NCBI GenBank assembly: GCA_046569885.1
Contig: JBKHVV010000001.1
Coordinates: 1-56,847, forward strand
Origin: Bacteroidia bacterium
GTDB taxonomy: Bacteria > Bacteroidota > Bacteroidia > Flavobacteriales_D > Parvicellaceae
Direction of reading: 5' to 3'
DNA length: 56,847 nt
Shown: in pieces, positions 1 to 9,473 of the stretch
Layout of the letters: each line of letters starts with the position of its first letter
How positions within the stretch are numbered: position 1 is the first letter of the stretch
Program-made: the position numbers and the translations under genes
Notes under the pieces: generated by a model
Told to the model about the DNA's origin: nothing
The model's input: the letters and a program-made list of their open reading frames with translations, nothing else
Database searches by the model: none

Positions 1-296
1 GCTTATTCGTTTTTGTTTCCTGCTCAGAAAACAAACCAGCTGAAAATTCTGAATTAAAAGAAATTTCTGGAGAAAAAATATACAACCAATGGTGCGTGGT
101 GTGTCATGGATACAAGGGAAATGCGAACATTGGTGGCGCAAAAGACTTGTCGGTTTCTCCTCTTTCTTCGGATGAAAAAACACACATCATTCTTAACGGA
201 AGTGCCAACAAACTAATGCGTGGTTTTCAAAATGATTTGTCCGAAGAAGAACTCGAAGCACTTTTACAATACGTTGAATCTTTAGTAACGAAATAG
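1..296 (+). CDS. class I c-type cytochrome, 5'-truncated by the window edge
   Basis: Frame 3 is open from nt 3 (LFVFVSCSENK...NQWCVVCHGYKG). It has a CxxCH haem-c motif (CVVCH), a candidate distal Met (NKLMRGF) and a lipobox-like FVSC. Stop TAG 294-296 abuts the hflX ATG. Confidence 0.7.
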   Translation, partial: LFVFVSCSENKPAENSELKEISGEKIYNQWCVVCHGYKGNANIGGAKDLSVSPLSSDEKTHIILNGSANKLMRGFQNDLSEEELEALLQYVESLVTK

Positions 297-1496
297 ATGC
301 TAGATAAAAAATTAATCTCTACATCTGAAGAGCAAGAAACCGCAGTATTGATTGGGCTTACAACACATGGTCAAAGCGATGCGCAAACGCAAGAATATTT
401 AGATGAATTGGCTTTTTTAGCAGAGACCTCTGGGGCAAAAACCCTAAAACATTTTACGCAAAAACTCCCAAAACCTGATAGTCGCACATTTGTAGGTAGC
501 GGTAAAATTGAGGAAATAAAAAAATACGTTGACGAACACGATGTAGATATGATCATTTTTGATGATGAATTATCGCCATCGCAATTACGTAATATTGACC
601 GTGTTTTTGAAAGAAAAATACTCGACCGAAATAATTTAATCTTAGATATTTTCGCCAAACGCGCCCAAACAGCACACGCCAAAACACAAGTTGAGCTGGC
701 GCAATATCAATATTTACTACCTCGACTAACCCGCATGTGGACACACTTAGAGCGTCAAAAAGGTGGTATTGGTATGCGAGGTCCTGGAGAAACGCAAATT
801 GAAACCGACCGAAGAATTATTCAAAAGAAAATTTCTTTGCTGAAAGAAAAATTGGAAAAAATTGACATGCAAAAATCCACACAACGAGGCAACCGCGGTC
901 AGTTGGTGCGTGTGGCTTTGGTTGGTTATACCAATGTTGGAAAATCAACGTTGATGAATGTGTTGAGCAAGTCGGAGGTGTTTGCAGAAAATAAATTATT
1001 CGCCACGCTTGACACCACCGTTCGCAAAGTGGTTCTGGGTAATTTACCCTTTTTACTTTCGGATACGGTTGGGTTTATTCGCAAATTGCCTCACCAGTTG
1101 GTAGAGTCGTTTAAATCTACGTTAGATGAGGTGCGCGAAGCGGATATTTTAATCCATGTAGTGGATATTTCTCACCCTAATTTTGAAGACCATCATTTGG
1201 TGGTAAACGAAACATTAAAAGAATTGAAGGCATTTGACAAACCCACCTTATTGGTATTTAATAAAATTGATGCCTATTCGTTTAGAGAGCGAGAACATGA
1301 ACTGATTTCTGACCTTGACAAAGTTACGCTAGACGACCTTAAAAAAACATGGATGGTGCGCATGGGAGAAAATGAAAAATGCGTATTTATTTCCGCGGTG
1401 AACAAAGAAAATATTAGCGAGTTGCGAGATGCTTTATACAATGAAGTGAAAAAAATTCACGCCATACGATACCCACTCAACAACTTTTTGTACTAA
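297..1496 (+). CDS. hflX: GTPase HflX
   Basis: 399 aa with an HflX-type N-terminal domain. G1 GYTNVGKST, G3 DTVGF, G4 NKID. Confidence 0.9.
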   Translation: MLDKKLISTSEEQETAVLIGLTTHGQSDAQTQEYLDELAFLAETSGAKTLKHFTQKLPKPDSRTFVGSGKIEEIKKYVDEHDVDMIIFDDELSPSQLRNIDRVFERKILDRNNLILDIFAKRAQTAHAKTQVELAQYQYLLPRLTRMWTHLERQKGGIGMRGPGETQIETDRRIIQKKISLLKEKLEKIDMQKSTQRGNRGQLVRVALVGYTNVGKSTLMNVLSKSEVFAENKLFATLDTTVRKVVLGNLPFLLSDTVGFIRKLPHQLVESFKSTLDEVREADILIHVVDISHPNFEDHHLVVNETLKELKAFDKPTLLVFNKIDAYSFREREHELISDLDKVTLDDLKKTWMVRMGENEKCVFISAVNKENISELRDALYNEVKKIHAIRYPLNNFLY

Positions 1497-3010
1497 GGGT
1501 GTTTTGATGAAAATAATCCTGAAAAAAAGGCAAAAAATGTAACTCCAGCTTGAGTTTCTAAAGTGTCTTCAAACAAAAAGGAAAAGAGAATAATCCCTAC
1601 AAACAGAAGTTTTAATTCGTTAAAAAATGCACTTTTTTTGAAAGCAAAATAAAAAATGGCAATTAACGGAATGAGTCCAAATATGCCAAACGCAATAAAA
1701 AATGTGAGCACCTGATTGTGCGCGCGAATTTGTTTAGAAATTACCATTTCTTGTTCTTTGTATTTTTGGTTGAATGTGTTTAAGACATCACCCGTTCCTA
1801 CACCATAGAAAACATTTTCTTTGATGATTTCAAAAGATAACTTCCACACAAACACTCGCTGTCCAAAAGAATTGTTGGATGGATTTTGATTGTTTTTTAA
1901 AACAGACAACTCAAAGAAAAATTCATCAACACGATTAAAAATGGAAGAATGGTTTTTAAAATGAGTGATGCCATTTTCAATATTTAAAACATCTTCATTG
2001 CTAAGCTGTTTCACTCCTTGAGCATCTTTTGTAAGATGCTTGGAAGTAAGATAACGAATAAGCGTGGCTTTGATTGGTTGCTTTGTTTTTCCTATGCTGT
2101 CAATAATTATTGGACTTCGTTTTTCCCATTCGCTTTTTAGTTCGCTATCGCTAATGTTTCGCCACACATAAAAACCATTTTCAAGTTGGTGGTTATCTAG
2201 ATCGTGGCGATAAAAATTACCAAGCATCGTTTTTTCCAAAGCTATATTTTCTTTAGCAACGAAATACCATTTGTAAAACGGTAAACAAGCGAAAAAAAGA
2301 GCCATTGAAAAACTTAAAAATAATCCAAAAGAAAACAACCCTTGTTTGAGTTTAAAACCATTCCAAAAAAGTAGAAATAAAATAATAAATATTATCAACA
2401 GACCAATACCCGTGAGTGATTGAAGAAGAATTAAAAATAAAACAAAAAATACACAAAGCGCAAAAACATAGCCTTTTTTCACTTCTTGTTTTTTCAAAAA
2501 ATAAAAAAGTCCAACCATAGAAAAAACCACCATTAAACTTAGCCGAATGTGTGATATGAAAATAGAAATGTCGCGATGATTTTGTAGGTTTTTTTCAATC
2601 CACTTAAGGTTGATGTAAACGCCAACAGAAATAAGCGCACTTAAAAAAATTGCGGCAACAAAAACTAAAAAAATAGTTAAAAAACTATTTTTCTCCAAAT
2701 AATTTATAGAGCCTAAAACAAGAGGAATAATCAATAGGGGCAGCTTAATTTTTAGGTCGTGTAAACCATACTCAAAGTCTGACGTCCAAAGCAAGCCAAC
2801 GACATGCATTAGGAAAATAGAAATAATTGCTAAAGCGATACGATTGTTTTTTAGTGCGAGAAATTTAGCTCGAAAATTTCCTTCGATTAACCAGTTGACG
2901 AATAAAGCAATCGTACCAACACTCATAAAAAATTCGCCAAGTGGTAAGCCCATAGCAATAATAAAGCAGCTCCAAAGGCAAATTTTTTTATGGACTATTT
3001 CTCCTAACAA
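1493..3010 (-). CDS. O-antigen ligase (Wzy_C) family polytopic membrane protein
   Basis: 505 aa with many TM helices. It has a large hydrophilic loop followed by an AHNQVLTFFIAFGIFG-type motif typical of O-antigen ligase/polymerase proteins. Confidence 0.5.
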   Translation of the reverse strand: MLGEIVHKKICLWSCFIIAMGLPLGEFFMSVGTIALFVNWLIEGNFRAKFLALKNNRIALAIISIFLMHVVGLLWTSDFEYGLHDLKIKLPLLIIPLVLGSINYLEKNSFLTIFLVFVAAIFLSALISVGVYINLKWIEKNLQNHRDISIFISHIRLSLMVVFSMVGLFYFLKKQEVKKGYVFALCVFFVLFLILLQSLTGIGLLIIFIILFLLFWNGFKLKQGLFSFGLFLSFSMALFFACLPFYKWYFVAKENIALEKTMLGNFYRHDLDNHQLENGFYVWRNISDSELKSEWEKRSPIIIDSIGKTKQPIKATLIRYLTSKHLTKDAQGVKQLSNEDVLNIENGITHFKNHSSIFNRVDEFFFELSVLKNNQNPSNNSFGQRVFVWKLSFEIIKENVFYGVGTGDVLNTFNQKYKEQEMVISKQIRAHNQVLTFFIAFGIFGLIPLIAIFYFAFKKSAFFNELKLLFVGIILFSFLFEDTLETQAGVTFFAFFSGLFSSKHP

Positions 3011-3014
3011 GAAA

Positions 3015-4658
3015 TTATTTCGGCATTAATGTATTGTTGTAAAGCTCTTTGTTGGCAAGTGTTTCAAAAGCAGATTTTATAAAAGGGTCTCGCTTAAAAG
3101 AAACCTCCACGCGTCCTTTTTGGTAATAATAACGGGAGGCTATTTCACTTTCTAAAATTTCTATCAATTCGTTTTTATAACGAAGCAAGTCTTCTTCTTT
3201 ATTAGGTTTTATTTTATTGTGTAATGCGGTGAATTCTTCTTCTGAAAAATACTTTTCCTTTTCGGCAACTTCTAAAAGTTTTTTGTAGGTTTCTTCGGTT
3301 GCGGTTTTATACTCAAACTCTTTTGACAAGGCAAATTTCTTGAATTCTATATAATCACCGTCTGAAAAAACGAAGTCTTTAGCAGAGGCAATTTGAGTAT
3401 TTTTCAAACGATATTTTGTTGCGAAATCAAACACCACATCATTGGTTACAACAGAAGCCGTTAGGTTGCTGTAAAAACCAGGGTCAACCTTAATATCGGG
3501 TTCAACGCCTCTTCCATCAATTACCTCGCGCCCATTTTTCGTTTTAAATTTTGATAGCGTTGAATCTGCAAAAATAGTTGCGCGTCCATTTTCTTTGTTT
3601 GAGTAGTCTAATTTTTGAATGCATCTTCCGCTTGGTGTATAATATTTTGCTACGGTAAATTTTATTTTTGTGTTGTAATCCAAATCACGCGTTTGTTGCA
3701 CTAAGCCTTTTCCGTAAGTAGTTTCTCCAACTACAATTCCCCTGTCTAAATCTTGAATAGCACCCGCAACAATTTCGCTTGCCGAAGCAGAAAATTCATC
3801 TACCAAAACCACCAAGGGAATGGTTTCATCAACAGAATTAAATTGTGTTTTGTAAACGAAATTACTTTCTTTTATTCTGCCTTTTGTTTCCACAATTTTT
3901 GTGCCTTTTGGAACAAATAAATTAACAATGTTGACCGCTTCGCCAAGTACACCACCACCATTTCCTCTAAGGTCTAAAACCAACGATTCAATTTGATGTT
4001 TTGACTTTAGTTCAACCAACGCATTTTTTACGGCTTGTGCACAATCGAAAGTAAATGATGTTAGTTTTATGTACCCCACCTTTCCTTCAACAACGCCATA
4101 ATAAGGCACTTCGTTTATTTTAATTTTTTGACGTTCAATTTTTATTTCGCGCATTTTTTCTTCACCGTCACGCTGTATGGTAAGTATTACAAAAGTTCCA
4201 GCCTGACCCTTTAGCGCTTCGCTAACTTCATCGTTGCTCTTGCTGTTGATGTTTACACCATCTACTTTGTAAACTTTATCGCCAGCCATTAGCCCCGCTT
4301 GATGTGCGCCAAATCCCTCATAAACTTCTGTAATTAAAACAAAGTCTTTTCGTTTGCTGATAAGTGTTCCAATGCCACCATATTCGCCTGTAGTCATGAT
4401 TCTAAAATCTTCCATACTCGATTCTGGAATGTAGTTGGTGTAAGGATCTAAAGAGCCCAACATGGCGTCAATACCTGTTTTCATCAACTCACCAGGTTTT
4501 ACCTCATCTACATAATTCAAGTCAATTTCTTTGTAAACAGAACTGAAAATGGAAAGGTTTTTTGAGATTTCAAACAGGTGGTCATTAGTGCGTTTGAAGC
4601 CGTAAATTAAAAGTGCAGAAGCGACTATAATTAGTAATATTTTTAGTTTATTGTTCAT
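3015..4658 (-). CDS. S41 family carboxy-terminal processing peptidase
   Basis: 547 aa with an N-terminal anchor and a PDZ-like segment. Motifs DLRGNGGG, FSASASEIVAGA (catalytic Ser) and TYGKG (catalytic Lys). Confidence 0.85.
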   Translation of the reverse strand: MNNKLKILLIIVASALLIYGFKRTNDHLFEISKNLSIFSSVYKEIDLNYVDEVKPGELMKTGIDAMLGSLDPYTNYIPESSMEDFRIMTTGEYGGIGTLISKRKDFVLITEVYEGFGAHQAGLMAGDKVYKVDGVNINSKSNDEVSEALKGQAGTFVILTIQRDGEEKMREIKIERQKIKINEVPYYGVVEGKVGYIKLTSFTFDCAQAVKNALVELKSKHQIESLVLDLRGNGGGVLGEAVNIVNLFVPKGTKIVETKGRIKESNFVYKTQFNSVDETIPLVVLVDEFSASASEIVAGAIQDLDRGIVVGETTYGKGLVQQTRDLDYNTKIKFTVAKYYTPSGRCIQKLDYSNKENGRATIFADSTLSKFKTKNGREVIDGRGVEPDIKVDPGFYSNLTASVVTNDVVFDFATKYRLKNTQIASAKDFVFSDGDYIEFKKFALSKEFEYKTATEETYKKLLEVAEKEKYFSEEEFTALHNKIKPNKEEDLLRYKNELIEILESEIASRYYYQKGRVEVSFKRDPFIKSAFETLANKELYNNTLMPK

Positions 4659-5013
4659 CGTGAGTAGTATTATTGCTTAAACGAATAAGTAGTTGTTTTA
4701 TTTTTTGGTTGTAATAATCAAACGTCTCAATTTCTTTGCCAACATAAATAAAAAAGATATGAAATTGATTTTTTGAGCCAAAAAGTTCTTGATTTAAACG
4801 AAATGCTTCTCGCATAAGTCGCTTAATTCGGTTACGGTCTACAGCTTTTTTGAATGATTTTTTTTGTACAGAAACCGCCATTTTTGTTTGCTCATCTTTG
4901 GACGACTCATAAATCATCACAACAGCGCCTTCTTTAAGTTTTTTACCAGTAGTTAAAAGAAGTTCAATGTCTTTTTTTGATTTTAATCGTTTATTTTTTC
5001 CGAGTGAAAGCAT
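4648..5013 (-). CDS. rnpA: ribonuclease P protein component
   Basis: 121 aa basic protein with the RnpA RNR motif (AVDRNRIKRLMREAFR). It overlaps the downstream peptidase gene by 11 nt. Confidence 0.85.
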   Translation of the reverse strand: MLSLGKNKRLKSKKDIELLLTTGKKLKEGAVVMIYESSKDEQTKMAVSVQKKSFKKAVDRNRIKRLMREAFRLNQELFGSKNQFHIFFIYVGKEIETFDYYNQKIKQLLIRLSNNTTHDEQ

Positions 5014-5049
5014 TGAAAATAAAAAGGGCGAGTTAAAAATACTCGCCCT
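5014..5049 (-). terminator. rho-independent terminator after hemD
   Basis: 9-bp stem AGGGCGAGT (5025-5033) / ACTCGCCCT (5041-5049) with a 7-nt loop. On the minus strand it is followed by TTTTATTTTC, which runs into the rnpA ATG. Confidence 0.6.
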
Positions 5050-5069
5050 CTAAAGTAATTTCTTTTTAA

Positions 5070-5816
5070 TTATTTTTTCGCGTTTTCTTTAATATATTTT
5101 TCAATCGCCATAGTCATAGAAGGTGTTTCGGGTGTTGGGGCAAATACCTGCACATTTAAGCCCTTATCTTCTGCGGCTTTTCTTACGTTGGCACCAAATG
5201 TAGCTATGCGTGTTTTGTTTTGTTTAAACTTTGGAAAGTTTTTGTATAACGATTCAATTCCAGCAGGTGTAAAAAACACCAACATATCGTAATTTACGTT
5301 TGCTAAATCAGATAAATCTGAACACACGGTGCGATACATAACGGCTTTGGTTACGTTAAAACCTGCATTTTGTAGCATAGTTGGTATAGATTCATTGTGT
5401 GCATCAGAACAAGGAAAAATAAATTTCTCGTTCTTGTGCTTTTTCATGATATCGGTTAAATCTTTAAAGGTTTGTTTTGCAAAAAAGATTTTTCTTTTGC
5501 GATAAATTACGTATTTTTGAAGGTAGTAAGCAACGGCATCTGTGGTACAAAAATACTTCATCGTGTCGGGCACCAAAAAACGCATTTCTTTTGCCATTCT
5601 AAAATAATGGTCAATGGCATTTTTGCTGTTTAGAACAACACCCGTATAGTCTTGAATGTTTATACGAAGCTGCCTAAATTCTTGAGGGTCGAGACCTTCA
5701 ACTTGAATAAATTGCCTAAAATCAATTTTTAATTTCAGTTTTTCGGCTAAATCCAAATAAGGGGATTTTTCGTTTTCCGGCTTGGGTTGCGAAACGAGTA
5801 TGGTCTTAACGCTCAA
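5070..5816 (-). CDS. hemD: uroporphyrinogen-III synthase (HemD family)
   Basis: 248 aa. The N-terminus ILVSQPKPENEKSPYLDLAEK and the overall two-lobe pattern match Bacteroidota HemD-like proteins. Confidence 0.7.
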   Translation of the reverse strand: MSVKTILVSQPKPENEKSPYLDLAEKLKLKIDFRQFIQVEGLDPQEFRQLRINIQDYTGVVLNSKNAIDHYFRMAKEMRFLVPDTMKYFCTTDAVAYYLQKYVIYRKRKIFFAKQTFKDLTDIMKKHKNEKFIFPCSDAHNESIPTMLQNAGFNVTKAVMYRTVCSDLSDLANVNYDMLVFFTPAGIESLYKNFPKFKQNKTRIATFGANVRKAAEDKGLNVQVFAPTPETPSMTMAIEKYIKENAKK

Positions 5817-5857
5817 AGCACTAAAGGTGTTTGGTTTTACAAAATTGCTCTTCTCTT

Positions 5858-6490
5858 TTAAAAGCTGGACATCTGTTTGAACAATACCAAAACAGGAACC
5901 AGTTCAAGGGCACAAAAGTACAAAATATTATAAAACAAAGACGTTCGTCTTAAAAATGATATTCTCATTTGTCGAATCCATTTGTAGATAATAAAAAATC
6001 CGATTAAAAAAATAAAGACCATAAGATATGTTTCCATGCTAATCCACAAAGCAATAGGCAATAAAAAAATTAAAAAAACACCCACCGTTTGTGCTCCCAA
6101 AACTTCAATGTAATAAATCGGTCTCAAGGCATTTTCTCGCACAGAAATAAACTTAGAAAGAAGCAAAATGGTTAAAAGTTTTATTCCTAAAAATGTAAAC
6201 AGTGCCATTGTTAATTGTAAAATATTAAGCAAAATTACACCCTTAAAAATTAAATAAACATTTGAACTTAACGCCAACGCAGATAACACCAAAAGAATAG
6301 TAGATGGATAATTTTTTAAGAAAAATTCTTCTTTGATTTTTTTATTTAGAGTTTTTTCAGAAAAAAAAGCAACAATCAAAGCACCTACAATTTTTGAAGA
6401 AAACTTTATAAGAAGCGCAAAAACAATAAAAAACAACATAAACAAAACAAAAGTTTCTGCTGTTGGTGGTATATGGCGCTCTATCAACAT
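5858..6490 (-). CDS. polytopic membrane protein, DUF4271-like
   Basis: 210 aa with about 6 TM helices. The position directly upstream of hemD is the usual DUF4271 context in Bacteroidota (from memory). Confidence 0.45.
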   Translation of the reverse strand: MLIERHIPPTAETFVLFMLFFIVFALLIKFSSKIVGALIVAFFSEKTLNKKIKEEFFLKNYPSTILLVLSALALSSNVYLIFKGVILLNILQLTMALFTFLGIKLLTILLLSKFISVRENALRPIYYIEVLGAQTVGVFLIFLLPIALWISMETYLMVFIFLIGFFIIYKWIRQMRISFLRRTSLFYNILYFCALELVPVLVLFKQMSSF

Positions 6491-6579
6491 TTATTCAGCA
6501 AAAGTACAATTAGAAACAATTCGTTTGAAAATTAAAGCGATAAAACTACCTTTGCCCACCAAATTACAACACAACTACA

Positions 6580-7752
6580 ATGGACAAATTTCAAGCACAC
6601 GACTACTACCTAATGGATGAAATGCTCACCGAAGAGCAAAAACTTATTCGCCAATCGGTAAGAGACTGGGTAAAACAAACGGTTTCTCCTATTATTGAAG
6701 ATCACTACGAAAAAGCAACATTTCCTGCACATATTTTACCTGGCTTAGGCGAAATTGGTGCTTTTGGTCCGTACATCCCTACAGAGTATGGTGGTGCTGG
6801 CTTAGACCAAATTTCGTATGGTTTAATCATGCAAGAGTTGGAAAGATGCGACTCTGGTTTGCGCTCAACAGCATCAGTACAAAGCTCTTTGGTGATGTAT
6901 CCTATTTACAAATACGGCAACGAAGAACAACGCAAAAAATATTTACCAAAATTAGCCACAGGCGAGTGGTTGGGCTGCTTCGGCCTAACCGAGCCAGACT
7001 TTGGTTCAAACCCTGGTGGAATGATTACCAACTTTAAAGACATGGGCGACCATTATTTGTTGAATGGTGCTAAAATGTGGATTTCAAACGCGCCTCTTTC
7101 TCAAGTAGCGGTGGTGTGGGCTAAAGATGAATCAGGAAGAATTCACGGATTGATTGTAGAAAAAGGAATGGAAGGATTTTCTGCCCCCGAAATGCACGGT
7201 AAACATTCTTTGAGAGCATCTATTACTGGTGAGTTAATTTTTAATAACGTAAAAGTGCCTAAAGAAAATTTATTACCTAACAAAAGCGGATTAGGCGCTC
7301 CACTTGGTTGCTTAGATAGCGCACGTTACGGCATTGCGTGGGGTGCGATTGGTGCAGCCATGGATTGCTACGATTCTGCTTTGCGTTATGCTCAAGAGCG
7401 CATTCAGTTTGACAAACCCATTGCTGCGTTTCAGTTAACACAAAAAAAATTAGCCGAAATGATTACCGAAATTACCAAAGCGCAATTATTAACGCTTCGC
7501 TTAGGACAATTACGCAACGAAGGCAGAGCTACTACCGCACAAATTTCTATGGCTAAACGCAACAACGTAGATATGGCATTGAAAATAGCTCGTGAAGCAC
7601 GTCAAATTCATGGCGCGATGGGAATTACCAACGAATATTCTATTATGCGCCACATGGCAAATTTAGAATCGGTAATTACTTACGAAGGCACACACGATAT
7701 TCACTTATTGATTACGGGTGCTGATGTAACAGGAATTCCTGCGTTTAAGTAA
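6580..7752 (+). CDS. acyl-CoA dehydrogenase (glutaryl-CoA dehydrogenase-like)
   Basis: 390 aa with ACAD N/M/C domains. Motifs GCFGLTEPDFGSNP, WISNA and YEGTHDIH. Confidence 0.85.
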   Translation: MDKFQAHDYYLMDEMLTEEQKLIRQSVRDWVKQTVSPIIEDHYEKATFPAHILPGLGEIGAFGPYIPTEYGGAGLDQISYGLIMQELERCDSGLRSTASVQSSLVMYPIYKYGNEEQRKKYLPKLATGEWLGCFGLTEPDFGSNPGGMITNFKDMGDHYLLNGAKMWISNAPLSQVAVVWAKDESGRIHGLIVEKGMEGFSAPEMHGKHSLRASITGELIFNNVKVPKENLLPNKSGLGAPLGCLDSARYGIAWGAIGAAMDCYDSALRYAQERIQFDKPIAAFQLTQKKLAEMITEITKAQLLTLRLGQLRNEGRATTAQISMAKRNNVDMALKIAREARQIHGAMGITNEYSIMRHMANLESVITYEGTHDIHLLITGADVTGIPAFK

Positions 7753-7835
7753 TTTAGTAAATTAAGTAGTCTAAAAAAGATTGATTAATGACTGATTAAT
7801 TTTAGATTATAGCTAATATATCCATTTTCAATAAA

Positions 7836-8489
7836 TTAATGTCCGTGCTCTACACGCTTAATGCTGCAACCAATGTTTTTAGTAGTTGAAGGGTCAATTT
7901 TTTTGCCTTCCTTTAATTGTGTCATAGCGGTTTTTAGATAAGGTTCTTTTACTTCTTTGCTGTTGTTTACATTGTCATCAATAGCACCTTTGTAAACCAA
8001 CTTTAGGTTAGCATCGAACAAATACACATGTGGTGTGGTGCGTGCACCAAAAGCATCGGCAAGTTTGTGTTCTACATCAATAACATAAGAACTTTTTAAA
8101 CCTTTTTCTTTGGCACGGTTTTGCATATCTGCAAAAGAATCGCCTTTTTCGCGCTTCGCTTCGTTAGAATTTACCAACACCATACCTATTCCATTTTGTG
8201 TAGCGTTATCAAACACTTCGTTGTAACGCCCTTCCCATCCTTCACTGTCGCCCATACCACCAATTACAAACGGACAGGTGTTGCACGAAAAAATAACCAA
8301 CAACCCTTTTTCTTTTTTGAGGTCGTTCAATGACAATTCTTTTCCAGAAACGTCTTTCATTTTTGAATCACTCATCGGAGCGCTATCGCCAACTTCAAGA
8401 CTTTTTGGGTCATGATTGATGGTGCTTAATTTAAAAGCGCCAAATACTGTAATACCTACAATGGCGAATAATATGATTGATTTTTGCAT
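7836..8489 (-). CDS. thioredoxin-fold (PRX_like/TlpA-like) exported protein
   Basis: 217 aa with a signal/anchor and a redox motif, FSCNTCPF (CxxC). It is divergent from the Cys-rich metal module. Confidence 0.7.
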   Translation of the reverse strand: MQKSIILFAIVGITVFGAFKLSTINHDPKSLEVGDSAPMSDSKMKDVSGKELSLNDLKKEKGLLVIFSCNTCPFVIGGMGDSEGWEGRYNEVFDNATQNGIGMVLVNSNEAKREKGDSFADMQNRAKEKGLKSSYVIDVEHKLADAFGARTTPHVYLFDANLKLVYKGAIDDNVNNSKEVKEPYLKTAMTQLKEGKKIDPSTTKNIGCSIKRVEHGH

Positions 8490-8603
8490 AATTAATTTAG
8501 TTTAAATTTCTCTTTAGCCAAAGATAACAACTATCAAGCCAAGCTGTTTTACTTATCAACCGATATTTTAACATTTGTTAGCAAGTTTTTGGCGTAATTT
8601 TTG

Positions 8604-8611
8604 TATCTTTG
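8604..8611 (+). promoter_or_regulatory. candidate Bacteroidota -7 box (TATCTTTG)
   Basis: Exact TAnnTTTG match 9 nt upstream of ATG 8620. This would imply a nearly leaderless transcript. Confidence 0.3.
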
Positions 8612-8619
8612 TAGCGTAA

Positions 8620-9030
8620 ATGAAAAATGTAGTATCCATAGTTCTTATTGCTTTACACTTGTTTTTTGTAACAGGCGTAAAGGTGGATATGCACTTTTGC
8701 AAAGACACGCTACGAGCGGTTTCTATTAGTAAAGTTTCTCCCGAAAAGATTTCTTGTTGCAATCATGATTTAACAAAAAGCGAAGATACATCTCAATGTA
8801 AAAAAGCATCGTGTTGCGAAGACACATCGGCAACTCTATTGTCTTTATCTAGTTTTTCTAAAGAGCAGGTAAAACAAACGTTACCTATTTTGGCAGCAGT
8901 TTTTTTACCAAGTCTTTTAGACAACACCTCAACGGAAGATAAATTTTCATCTGTTGATTTTTCTTCACCGCCCAAATTGCAAAATAGGGCAATTTATTTG
9001 ACCACTTCTTCGTTTTGTTTTTATGGATAA
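8620..9030 (+). CDS. Cys-rich small membrane-anchored protein, HYC_CC_PP-like
   Basis: 136 aa with an N-terminal TM. The motif series is H-F-C (MHFCKD), two CC pairs (SCCNHD, SCCED), then SSPP. This matches my recollection of the HYC_CC_PP family found next to HMA and TBDR genes. Confidence 0.5.
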   Translation: MKNVVSIVLIALHLFFVTGVKVDMHFCKDTLRAVSISKVSPEKISCCNHDLTKSEDTSQCKKASCCEDTSATLLSLSSFSKEQVKQTLPILAAVFLPSLLDNTSTEDKFSSVDFSSPPKLQNRAIYLTTSSFCFYG

Positions 9031-9032
9031 AG

Positions 9033-9096
9033 AGATATTTCACTTCGTTCAACATGACATGCAGTTTTTTGTCATTCTGAATGCAATGAAGAATCT
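9033..9096. repeat. imperfect inverted-repeat element (GTCATYCTGAA family)
   Basis: Arm 9033-9058 (AGATATTTCACTTCGTTCAACATGAC) pairs with the reverse complement of arm 9071-9096 (GTCATTCTGAATGCAATGAAGAATCT) at 19/26 positions. The spacer is 12 nt. Confidence 0.55.
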
Positions 9097-9129
9097 AACT
9101 TTATTTTAATAACGTAAAAACAAACAATC

Positions 9130-9471
9130 ATGAACACAATAAAATATTTTTTAGCAATTATAGCAATAGCTGTTGCATCATTTGGCTACAGCCAGTCAAC
9201 CACAAAAACCATTAAATTTAAAGTTGATGGTAACTGCGACATGTGCAAAAAGCGCATTGAAAATGCCCTAGATGTAAAAGGTATAAAGTATGCCAACTGG
9301 GATGTAAAAACCAAGCAAATAGAAATAACCTACAAAACCGATAAAATCTCGGAAGACCAAATCCATCAATTAATAGCTAATGTTGGACACGATACCGAAA
9401 AGGTAAAAGCAACAAAAGAAAATTACAACAAACTACACGGCTGTTGTAAGTATCGTGAAAATCCTGAGTAG
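9130..9471 (+). CDS. heavy-metal-associated (HMA) domain protein, exported
   Basis: 113 aa with a signal peptide. The HMA fold carries a CDMC metal-binding CxxC (VDGNCDMCKKRIENAL). C-terminal HGCC. Confidence 0.75.
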   Translation: MNTIKYFLAIIAIAVASFGYSQSTTKTIKFKVDGNCDMCKKRIENALDVKGIKYANWDVKTKQIEITYKTDKISEDQIHQLIANVGHDTEKVKATKENYNKLHGCCKYRENPE

Positions 9472-9473
9472 CG

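Noticed and set aside
7778-7812. Word-like GATTGATTAATGACTGATTAAT sequence between gcdH-like and the redoxin gene, resembling GATTGATGATTAGTGATGGATGATT at 29921-29945 and the TTGATTGGTTCATTAG arm at the four-helix-bundle cassette
   Set aside because: The similarity is limited to short AT-rich words (GATTGAT, TGATTA) that are expected by chance in low-GC spacers. I could not define a consistent alignment or boundaries.
8568-8975. Minus-strand ORFs of 64 aa and 60 aa overlapping the HYC_CC_PP-like gene and its promoter
   Set aside because: They have no motifs and overlap a plus-strand ORF that has family-like Cys motifs and a -7 box. They are probably spurious.
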